This document shows positions 56,095-64,000 of a DNA stretch of 64,000 nt, piece by piece. The notes beneath the pieces were generated by a model, which had not been told where the DNA came from, made no database searches, and saw only the letters and a program-made list of their open reading frames with translations. Numbering within the stretch: position 1 is the stretch's first letter; each line of letters begins with the position of its first letter. The translations under genes and the position numbers were made by a program. Source of the DNA: a virus (Duplodnaviria > Caudoviricetes); IMG/VR virus record IMGVR_UViG_3300017589_000168, positions 23,471 through 87,470 of that record. The stretch is one strand, 5' to 3'.

Positions 56095-57402
56095 ATGGCA
56101 GGTGAGAATATGAAAAATCGGCTAAAACAATTTATCAGCACATTTTTTGGTGCTGGCCTCGATTTTCGGGTACGACTATTCAATGTGCTTGCCATGGGCG
56201 GTACAGTCATCAGCTTGGCTATGGCGCTGGTTGGCATTGCAGTAGAAACAGGGTTGGGAAATATTGCGGCTAATTTTATTTCAGCTGCCCTTTCCTTTTG
56301 GCTGCTCTGTTATTCCCAGCGCACCGGCAGGTATCAGCTCTGCTACACGATTACCATAGTCGCCATTTTTCTGGTGCTGTTCCCGGTCATGTTCTTCACG
56401 GCTGGGGGATATCACAGCGGGATGCCCAGTTTTTTTGTATTTGCGGTGGCCTTTACCATCCTGATGCTGGAGGGCAAAAAAGCCATTGCAATGTCTGTGT
56501 TAGAAGTTCTCCTGTACCTTGCCATTTGCCTGATTGCCTTTCGCTATCCTGAACTGGTCAAGGCATGGGCTACCGAGCAGGACATGCTCGCCGATGTGAT
56601 AGTAGGATTTGTATCAGTCAGCGCTGTGCTTGGCACAATGCTCTATCTCCACTTTAAGCTCTATAACGAGCAGCAAAAAAAGCTTGACGAACAAAATCAT
56701 ATCCTTGAGAGAGCCAGCCATGCGAAAACAGAATTTCTGTCCAATACCTCCCATGAAATGCGCACACCACTGACCGTCATTTCGGTCAATGTGCAGACAG
56801 TGGCGGAGATACTGGAGGACATGGGTGATACAGTGAAGGATGGGGAGGCAACGGAGCTGCTCCAGAATGCCCAACAGGAAATTATGCGGCTGGCCCGTAT
56901 GGTAGGCGGGACGCTGACGCTGGCTGCTATGAGTGAAAACACAGACAAGAAAGCGGTGGATTTCTCGACCCTGCTGCGCAGCAGTGCAGAAATGTTCTCT
57001 CTACATTTGCAAAAAAGAGGCAATACTCTAACGGAAGAGATTGCGGGAGGGCTGACTGTGTTCGGCAATGCAGATTTGCTGGCGCAGGTGGTAGCGAACC
57101 TTTTGCAAAATGCCTCTGCCTATACTCGGCAGGGCAAGGTCAATTTGACAGCACAAAAATCCGGGCACGACATTCTGGTCTCGGTTAAGGATAGTGGCGA
57201 CGGTATTTCTGCGGAACTTTTGCCCCATGTGTTTGAGCGAGGTGTTTCCACTGGGGGCACAGGCTTTGGTCTGTATCTGTGCAAGACGGTGGTGGAATCC
57301 CATGGCGGCCGGATTTGGATTGAGAGCGAACCCGGAAGCGGAACAGCGGTGATATTTGCCCTACCAACCTATGAGGGGCAGCTTGGAGGTGAGAGAGTGT
57401 GA
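56095..57402 (+). CDS. Membrane sensor histidine kinase
   Basis: Multiple TM, FLSNTSHEMRTPL, NLLQNA, VKDSGDGI, GTGFGL. Confidence 0.95.
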   Translation: MAGENMKNRLKQFISTFFGAGLDFRVRLFNVLAMGGTVISLAMALVGIAVETGLGNIAANFISAALSFWLLCYSQRTGRYQLCYTITIVAIFLVLFPVMFFTAGGYHSGMPSFFVFAVAFTILMLEGKKAIAMSVLEVLLYLAICLIAFRYPELVKAWATEQDMLADVIVGFVSVSAVLGTMLYLHFKLYNEQQKKLDEQNHILERASHAKTEFLSNTSHEMRTPLTVISVNVQTVAEILEDMGDTVKDGEATELLQNAQQEIMRLARMVGGTLTLAAMSENTDKKAVDFSTLLRSSAEMFSLHLQKRGNTLTEEIAGGLTVFGNADLLAQVVANLLQNASAYTRQGKVNLTAQKSGHDILVSVKDSGDGISAELLPHVFERGVSTGGTGFGLYLCKTVVESHGGRIWIESEPGSGTAVIFALPTYEGQLGGERV

Positions 57403-58061
57403 AGCAGATTTTGTTGGTGGAGGACAACGAACAAATTATGCAGGGCAACGAGCGCATGCTGAAACGGCGGGGCTATGAGGTAACCTGCGCGCTGACTCTT
57501 GCAGATGCCCGCAAAGCGGTGAAGACTCGGATGCCCGACCTGTTTGTGCTGGACATTATGTTGCCCGACGGCAGCGGACTGGATTTTATGGCGGAGCTGC
57601 ACAAAGTTTCACAGACACCGGTTCTGCTGCTGACCGGACTGACAACACCGGAGGATATTGTGCGGGGACTTACGGCAGGGGGCGACGACTACCTTGCCAA
57701 GCCCTATAACTTCGGTGTGCTGCTGGCACGGGTGGAAGCACTTTTGCGCCGCGCACAACAGGTGCCGGAGCGTATCCACAAGGGCAGGCTTTGCCTTGAT
57801 GTAACAGCTGATGTGGCGACCCTTGACGGTACTGATTTGCTGCTGTCCCAGAAGGAATTTTCCCTGCTGCTGATTTTCGCACAGAACGAGGAGCGCTTTA
57901 TCAGTGCGGAAGATCTGTATAAAAAGGTGTGGAAGCAGCCCATGACGGGCGACAGCAATGCCTTGAGAAGCACGCTTAAGCGCCTACGTGCAAAATTAGA
58001 GGGCAGCGGATATTGCATCGCATTATCCAAGGGCGAGGGGTATCAGTTCGAGAGAGAATAA
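57399..58061 (+). CDS. OmpR-family response regulator
   Basis: LVEDN, LDIMLPDGSG, DDYLAKP, winged helix LSQKEFSLL. Confidence 0.95.
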   Translation: MKQILLVEDNEQIMQGNERMLKRRGYEVTCALTLADARKAVKTRMPDLFVLDIMLPDGSGLDFMAELHKVSQTPVLLLTGLTTPEDIVRGLTAGGDDYLAKPYNFGVLLARVEALLRRAQQVPERIHKGRLCLDVTADVATLDGTDLLLSQKEFSLLLIFAQNEERFISAEDLYKKVWKQPMTGDSNALRSTLKRLRAKLEGSGYCIALSKGEGYQFERE

Positions 58062-58079
58062 CTGGAACAAAAAAGTTTT

Positions 58080-58113
58080 GTGGCCAGTGTGTCAATTTTG
58101 ACACACTGGCCAC
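58080..58113. promoter_or_regulatory. 16-bp perfect inverted repeat (operator or terminator)
   Basis: GTGGCCAGTGTGTCAA-TT-TTGACACACTGGCCAC followed by TTTT. Confidence 0.55.
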
Positions 58114-58208
58114 TTTTGGTTTTCGGGCATGGTAAGATAAGGTACAGGATATACAAATAGGCTGGCTTTTTTAGGCTTGTGGTTTTAGATGAGGAGGTGG
58201 TTATAGAA

Positions 58209-58508
58209 ATGGTATCTGAACAAACTGCAATCAAGCAGTCGAGAATTGTCCGTGTAGAGGCGTTTGATGGAGACACCTTTGGAATTACGCTGGAGAGTGG
58301 GCACACCATCCTGCTGGAACTGGAACACAGAATCAAAGAACCGGCCTTTGCCGCCCTGATCGAAAGCGGAGATTTCTGCAAGCCTTATACCGACGGCAAG
58401 GCAATCTGCTGGCCCGGCGGGGTATCCATCACGCTGGAGGAGATTTTAGAGATGCTCCTGTCCCATGGCAATCGATCACAAAACCAAAATAATTATGAGG
58501 AGGAATGA
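58209..58508 (+). CDS. DUF2442-like small protein
   Basis: GAGGAGGTG RBS then ATG at 58209; PYTDGKAICWPGGVSI motif resembles DUF2442. Confidence 0.55.
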   Translation: MVSEQTAIKQSRIVRVEAFDGDTFGITLESGHTILLELEHRIKEPAFAALIESGDFCKPYTDGKAICWPGGVSITLEEILEMLLSHGNRSQNQNNYEEE

Positions 58509-58511
58509 GCA

Positions 58512-61500
58512 ATGATAACAAAACGAGCAAGCAAAACACTGTCCTTGTTACTGGCGTTTTGCATGGTATTTGCTATGCTGCCGACTGTGGCTTTTGCCGA
58601 AACCGGTGATGTGGATTCCGGCACACCCTTGGGGGTAAGCGAAACAATCACCGCCTTTGCACCGCTGGCTGAAGATGTGGCGGCACAGACGGTGAAAACC
58701 GGCACCCTGGAGAAGGAACTGAACCTGCCGGGGACGCTGGCGGTCACTGTCACTGAAAGCGTCTATGACATAGCGAGCGGCAGCGATGCAACAAAACAGG
58801 ATACCCAAACCACCGTGGCGGTTGAACGCTGGACTTCCGAACCGTCCTATGACGGTGATGTTGCGGGGGTTTATAGCTTTACGCCGGCTCTGGCTTTGCC
58901 GGAGGATGTAACACTGGCAGATGGTGTAACCACACCTGAAATCACCGTGACAGTGGAAGAAGCAGCGGCACGTTTGGCGCGGGGCGGTGCTTCTCTGATG
59001 AGCGGCACTGTCACCGGCACAATGGACATCGGCGGACAAACCGGCGTTACTCTTGCCGCTAACGCCAGCGGAACAGGCTGGACATGGGATTCGACAACCG
59101 CCACCCTAACGCTTAACAGCAGTTACCAAGGCGGTTATATAAAATTTGAATGTGCCGACACCGATACCATCAACCTGGTATGCAACGGTGCTGTCACGGT
59201 TAACAAAAGCGATACCTACGCAATACAAAGCTGGGGTAGCCTGGTCATTAAAGGTGACGGCCCGCTTACGATTTCCGACGGCGGCATAACGGCGTCTAAG
59301 GACATCGTCATCTTGGGGGCGATGGGGAATATCAGCGGCGCCAGCGTCGGCATTTCTGCCGGCGGCAGTGTTACTATCTCCGGCACGGTGGGCGATATTA
59401 CGTCCACGGCGCACACGATTTACGCAGATGGAGACATTACCATTTCAGACGGCGGCGTTGTGGGCAAGATCGGCGCGGGAGGCACCGGCTCCAAAAGCGG
59501 CACCCATGGAATTTACGCGGGCGGCAGCGTTACCATCAACGGCGTAACAGGTGATATTTCAGGCAAATCCTATGGAATCTACGCAAAGGGCGGCAACGTT
59601 TTCATCAACGGCGCAACAGGAGCGATTAGTAGTGCATACGGATCACTTTCAGGCGATTCCGCCATTCGCGCAAGCGTTGGCGTTGCCATCAACGGCACAA
59701 CAGGCGCGATCAGCTCCAAGGGCGATTACGGTATATACGCAGAATCAGGCGCGGTTTTAATTGCAGGTAAAACCGGCGATATCACCGGCACGAAAGCCTT
59801 CGGCATTTTAGCGGAAGCGGGCGGTATTACCATTCCACCTAGCGCTGTTGTGGGCAATATCGCCGGCGCTCAAAGGGGTATCGACGCAGACGGCCACATC
59901 ACAATTGGCGGTAAAACCGGCGATATTACAGGCGTCACCGGCAGCATCTACGGCGGCGGCATTAGCGCAACCGGCAGCGTCGCAATCTATGGCGAAACGG
60001 GCAATATTACAAGCACGAGCGCCAGCATCCCAGCAATTGGTGCGCTTGGCGACGTCTCCATTATCGGCAGTGTGGGCAAGATTGCAGTCACCTCCCTCAG
60101 CAGTGGTAGCGGCCGAGGTATTTACGCAGATGGCAGCATTCATATCGTCAATTCTGTCACGATAAGCAGCTTCAATGGAGCGTTCAATAAAGCCCCCGCC
60201 ACCTTACCATCTCCTTATACAGCCACCTGGAGTGACAGTGCGGACGGCTCCGGTTTTTCTACCGGCAGTAGCTATACATGGAGCGGCAGTCATCAATATG
60301 TGAAAATTGAGAAGGACAGCGGGACGTCCGCCCCCACGGTATCCGGCCTTCGGGCTGAGCGCACGGATGCGGATAGTGTCAGATTTTTCTTCACACCCAG
60401 CACCACCGGGAAGTATGGATATGTTGTTCAAAAAAAAGAAGAATCAGCACCAACTAATCTTCCGCTGTTCAATGATATAACCTCCATCGGAGAATTCGAT
60501 ATCGACTCAAAACATTTTGGCACTAACGCCTCGGATGTTTTCGTGATCTATCTGCAAATCGAGAACGAAGCAGGTGTAAAGAGCCAGATCTACTCCCTTG
60601 AGGTTCCGGCATATACACCGCCGACGGATGCAGAGCCACCAAGCATTAGCGAACAACCGACAAGCGCAACTTATTTGCAAAATACGGCGGCCATCAGTTT
60701 GTTGGTGCTCGCAAACAGCACGGATGGCGGCACGCTTTCCTACCAGTGGTACTGCAATACGACAAACAGCACTGTTGGCGGAACACCAGTTGCCAGCACC
60801 TATATCAACGCGTGCACGCCTTCCACCGCCTTGGTCGGCACGACCTATTACTATTGTGTGGTCACAAACACCAACAACAAAGCAACAAACAAAACCGCCA
60901 CGACGACCAGCGATATCGTGTCGGTCGAGGTGATTCCGACGGGTGGCACAATCATTCGCTCCATCACCGTCACCGGCATAGTCGAGCCTGTCGGGGGTGC
61001 ATCACCTGTCAAGACAGGCGCAACCGTCCCAGCGGATGCCAACTATGCACTTCGGGGGGACATCATCGTGTGGGTTGACGATGAAAACAAAACCGAGCCG
61101 CTGGCTGACGGCGCAAAGTTTGAAGCCGGTAAGAGATATCACTGTAGCGTTTCTGTGAAGCTGCCTTCCGGGCACTCCTTTGCCCACGATGTCGTTGCAA
61201 CCATCAATGGAAAAACAGCAACCGTGATGCTCGACGGCACAGAAGAAGCCGTGGTATCCTATCTGTTCACGGCGAAGGACACAGCCGATACCCCAACCAT
61301 CACCATTACAAAACACCCTCAGAATGTAACCGTAACACAGGGTAGAATTAACGCAACTTTGACAGCAGAAGCCGTCGCAAGCAATGGCAAGCCTGTCCGC
61401 TATCAGTGGCGACAATTTATCGGCGGCATTGGTAGTGATAACACGCAGCCAATGCTTGGCGAAACGAGCAATACATTCACTATCCCGACAGGTCTAACCG

Positions 61501-63203
61501 CAGGAACGTATCGGTATCTTTGCATATTTGACACAGATGATACCGATTATACAGATAGCAATACTGCCATCGTAACCGTAAAACCGCCTTCTGGCGGTGG
61601 TGACAATGGTGGTGGAAGTGGCGGTTCCTCTGGGGGTAATGGCGGCTCAGGTGTTGTCGTTACTCCTCCCGCTCCGGATGCACCCAATGCCCCTACACAG
61701 GGCAGTGTTAGTATCCAGGGCACGGTGGATGCAAGCGGTAATATCACAGCCAATATTACAAACCAAACTGTGATCGACGCCATTGACAGAGCGCTTACAC
61801 AAGCAAGGCAAAACGGCACCGAGCAAAACGGCATTATCCTCACGCTAAACATTAGCACAGGCGGCAAGCCCATAAACAACCTTTCGGTAAATCTGCCAAA
61901 GCAAGTGCAGGATGCCATCATAGCCAAGGGCGTATCGGGTCTTATCATCACGGCAGGCGGCACAGACATTGCCATCGGGATGGATTTAGCGGCCTTGCAG
62001 GAAATGAACAGGCAGGCAAACGGCAATGTAAATATAACTGCCAACCGCATGAATAACGCTACTCTTGCCGGTAACGCCAGGGCTGCCATCGGCAACCGTC
62101 CTGTGTTTGATCTTAAAGCAAATTACGGTAGCGGAAAACAAGTGCAAAACTTTGGCGCGGGCAGCGTATCGATTACCATTCCCTATACACTCAGTGCAAA
62201 CGAAAATGCCGGAAATATACAGGCGGTCTATGTGGAGGCAAACGGTAGGGTGCAGTGGTTAATCAGTTCTGTCTATGACGGCTTAAATGGAGTTCTGCGC
62301 TTTAGCACCAACCATTTTTCCACCTACGGCGTGGGCTACAAGCAGGATGTGCCAAGCTTTGCCGACATCGGCACCCACTGGGCTAAGGATGACATTGCCT
62401 TTGTTGCAAACCGTGGGCTCTTAAGCGGCACCTCTAAAACCACCTTTAGTCCGAACACTGCTATGACAAGAGGAATGTTTGTCACCGCCCTTGGCAGGTT
62501 GGCAAATGCCGATGTAAGCGGCTATGAAAAGAGCAGCTTTACTGATGTAAAATCTGACGCCTACCATCTGGGCTACGTTGAGTGGGCAAACAAAAACAAC
62601 ATCGTAAAGGGCATCGGCGATGGGAAATTTGCACCGGATCAAAGTATTACTCGTGAGCAAATGGCGGTTATACTGCAAAGCTATGCTAAAGCAATTGGGT
62701 TTACTTTGCCAAAGGTTCATGCGGAAAACACCTTTGCTGACAGCGCTAAAATCGGCGCTTACGCAAAAGATGCCGTAAAGCAGATGCAGATGGCTGGCAT
62801 TATCAGCGGCAAAAACAGTAATCTCTTTGACCCGCAGGGTACAGCCACAAGAGCCGAGGTGTCTGCAGTGCTTCGCCGATTCGTTGAACTGGCTATTTCC
62901 AGTGACACGGCACAGGGCTGGACAATGAATGACTCCGGTAAGTGGATGTACTACGAAAACGGTAAGCCTGTTACAGGCAAGAAGAACATCGGCGGCTCGA
63001 CCTACACCTTCGACCAGTACGGCGTAACGGCGGATGTGCCAAAAAATCTGCGATATACTACCTACACCGTACAAAAGGGTGATAGCTTCTGGCTGATTGC
63101 TCACAAGCTGGGCTGTACCATGAGTGAATTGGAGCGGCTTAACAACAAGAGCAGATTTGATTTAATACATCCGGGTGATGTCCTGAGGGTTCCGGAGGAA
63201 TAA
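58512..63203 (+). CDS. Second SLH/LysM surface adhesin (1563 aa) with Gly-rich beta-helix and Ig-like domains
   Basis: Signal peptide; G(D/N)I-type repeats; SYQWY Ig domains; C-terminal ~500 aa paralogous to the 38734 gene. Confidence 0.92.
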   Translation: MITKRASKTLSLLLAFCMVFAMLPTVAFAETGDVDSGTPLGVSETITAFAPLAEDVAAQTVKTGTLEKELNLPGTLAVTVTESVYDIASGSDATKQDTQTTVAVERWTSEPSYDGDVAGVYSFTPALALPEDVTLADGVTTPEITVTVEEAAARLARGGASLMSGTVTGTMDIGGQTGVTLAANASGTGWTWDSTTATLTLNSSYQGGYIKFECADTDTINLVCNGAVTVNKSDTYAIQSWGSLVIKGDGPLTISDGGITASKDIVILGAMGNISGASVGISAGGSVTISGTVGDITSTAHTIYADGDITISDGGVVGKIGAGGTGSKSGTHGIYAGGSVTINGVTGDISGKSYGIYAKGGNVFINGATGAISSAYGSLSGDSAIRASVGVAINGTTGAISSKGDYGIYAESGAVLIAGKTGDITGTKAFGILAEAGGITIPPSAVVGNIAGAQRGIDADGHITIGGKTGDITGVTGSIYGGGISATGSVAIYGETGNITSTSASIPAIGALGDVSIIGSVGKIAVTSLSSGSGRGIYADGSIHIVNSVTISSFNGAFNKAPATLPSPYTATWSDSADGSGFSTGSSYTWSGSHQYVKIEKDSGTSAPTVSGLRAERTDADSVRFFFTPSTTGKYGYVVQKKEESAPTNLPLFNDITSIGEFDIDSKHFGTNASDVFVIYLQIENEAGVKSQIYSLEVPAYTPPTDAEPPSISEQPTSATYLQNTAAISLLVLANSTDGGTLSYQWYCNTTNSTVGGTPVASTYINACTPSTALVGTTYYYCVVTNTNNKATNKTATTTSDIVSVEVIPTGGTIIRSITVTGIVEPVGGASPVKTGATVPADANYALRGDIIVWVDDENKTEPLADGAKFEAGKRYHCSVSVKLPSGHSFAHDVVATINGKTATVMLDGTEEAVVSYLFTAKDTADTPTITITKHPQNVTVTQGRINATLTAEAVASNGKPVRYQWRQFIGGIGSDNTQPMLGETSNTFTIPTGLTAGTYRYLCIFDTDDTDYTDSNTAIVTVKPPSGGGDNGGGSGGSSGGNGGSGVVVTPPAPDAPNAPTQGSVSIQGTVDASGNITANITNQTVIDAIDRALTQARQNGTEQNGIILTLNISTGGKPINNLSVNLPKQVQDAIIAKGVSGLIITAGGTDIAIGMDLAALQEMNRQANGNVNITANRMNNATLAGNARAAIGNRPVFDLKANYGSGKQVQNFGAGSVSITIPYTLSANENAGNIQAVYVEANGRVQWLISSVYDGLNGVLRFSTNHFSTYGVGYKQDVPSFADIGTHWAKDDIAFVANRGLLSGTSKTTFSPNTAMTRGMFVTALGRLANADVSGYEKSSFTDVKSDAYHLGYVEWANKNNIVKGIGDGKFAPDQSITREQMAVILQSYAKAIGFTLPKVHAENTFADSAKIGAYAKDAVKQMQMAGIISGKNSNLFDPQGTATRAEVSAVLRRFVELAISSDTAQGWTMNDSGKWMYYENGKPVTGKKNIGGSTYTFDQYGVTADVPKNLRYTTYTVQKGDSFWLIAHKLGCTMSELERLNNKSRFDLIHPGDVLRVPEE

Positions 63204-63217
63204 AACACACCAACTAT

Positions 63218-63262
63218 AAAGAAGTGTAGGGAACCGATATCCGGCTCCCTACACTTCTTTTT
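63218..63262 (+). terminator. Intrinsic terminator
   Basis: AAAGAAGTGTAGGGA / TCCCTACACTTCTTT followed by TT. Confidence 0.85.
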
Positions 63263-63414
63263 CCGTACTCAGTTTGCTTCTCCTAAATTGTCTTTATTGG
63301 TGGTGTTATAGAGCTAACTGTTTTGGCTTGCAGTATATAGATAATTAATCGTAGATAGGGCGAGTTGATACTGGAACGAAAAAATTCGTTCACCTCCCTT
63401 TTGCAAGGATTGAC

Positions 63415-63840
63415 TGGATATATTGCAGGGTTGCCAGCAATGAGCATAACAGCATAGAGATACAGCGTGACAGGCTTATCCACTTTGCCAATGAGCGTGG
63501 GTTCAATATCGCTGGAATTTCTCAAGATATTGGCAGCGGTCTTGACTTTTACCGCAAAGGTTTGTCTGAAACTAAGCAAGCCGTCTGCTCAAAGAATGCA
63601 GATGTTGTTTTGGTTTCCAATGTATCCTGCATCGGACGGGATACATTGAAAACCACTGCTTACATAAAAGAACTAAATAACCTGGGTGCAGAATTTCTTT
63701 CCTCGACAGACGGTGTGATTGATATGACTTTGACCGACCAACTCATTTCAGAGATGTCCAGTATGTCTATGTCGGAAAATAGAGTGCCTAAGTGGAAAAT
63801 GATGATAAAGAGTATCAGGGACATATTTCACAGAGGGTAA
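63415..63840 (+). pseudogene. 3' fragment of a short resolvase-family gene lacking its start
   Basis: Frame reads WIYCRVASNEHNSIEIQR...DIGSGLDF-RKGL...SCIGRD; no ATG/GTG/TTG between upstream stop 63352 and this motif. Confidence 0.7.
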
Positions 63841-63849
63841 ACAGAGAAG

Positions 63850-63999
63850 CTACTGATTTCTAATTATTATTTTTAGTCCTGACTTGACACCAGCAGGAGC
63901 AACCGGTCCTACAGGGTCTGTGCCAACTCTATCTCCCAATGAGATAGCTGGCTCAATTTCCGTATTACCTGTGGCTACTGAGGTTACAGTAGTATCTGT
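63850..63999 (-). CDS. C-terminus of an unknown protein running off the window
   Basis: Open frame TDTTVTSVATGNTEIEPAISLGDRVGTDPVGPVAPAGVKSGLKIIIRNQ* on the - strand. Confidence 0.4.
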   Translation of the reverse strand, partial: TDTTVTSVATGNTEIEPAISLGDRVGTDPVGPVAPAGVKSGLKIIIRNQ

Positions 64000-64000
64000 A

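Larger units (their letters stand above)
55542..63418. mobile_element. 7.9-kb accessory cassette apparently inserted into the small resolvase gene
   Basis: TGGA at 55538-41 and 63415-18; removing the segment restores ...RNAWIYCRVAS... Confidence 0.5.

Noticed and set aside
60430-60437. A8 tract as a phase-variation site in the second adhesin
   Set aside because: Short, in frame (QKK) and plausible by chance; no evidence of slippage.
55542-63414. IS or composite transposon
   Set aside because: No transposase, and the two ends are not inverted repeats of each other.
75-63579. Many short antisense or out-of-frame ORFs in the six-frame track (e.g. 710-1153, 5005-5481, 32530-33066, 43285-43899, 62421-63104)
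   Set aside because: They lie wholly within well-supported genes on another frame and show no RBS or motifs.
63850-63999. Collagen-like protein at the right edge
   Set aside because: GPVAPAG is not a sustained Gly-X-Y repeat.
1-64000. CRISPR array or cas genes, prompted by the DinG helicase
   Set aside because: No regularly spaced 25-45 bp repeats and no Cas5/6/7/8-like ORFs were seen.
1-64000. Complete DGR (template repeat, RT, Avd)
   Set aside because: No YxDD reverse transcriptase ORF, and I found no second copy of GGTTTCCGCCCC on either strand by eye; only a candidate target is present.

Overview
About 64 kb of a Firmicutes (Clostridia-like) integrative conjugative element (ICE), read left to right. 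(1) 3' end of a probable relaxase and a divergent XRE switch. (2) A ~25 kb + strand transfer region combining a Gram-positive T4SS (VirD4, VirB2-like pilin, VirB6-like, VirB3/PrgI-like, split VirB4, C39-type hydrolase) with a Flp/Tad pilus set (A24 peptidase, CpaB, CpaF, TadB, TadC, pilin-like genes). It also holds three DNA-modification genes and an AT-rich HTH-GTPase island. (3) Cargo: a LytTR two-component system with a duplicated target promoter, surface/lipoprotein genes and a 2485-aa SLH adhesin containing a DGR-like variable region. (4) A c-di-GMP-I riboswitch, a sigma-70 region-4 protein, a ~500-nt highly structured leader, a DinG helicase and three large serine recombinases. (5) A 7.9-kb HK/RR/second-adhesin cassette that appears to split a small resolvase-family gene at a TGGA direct repeat. 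No rRNA, tRNA, CRISPR array or reverse transcriptase is visible. Family assignments come from motif recognition by eye, not database searches.
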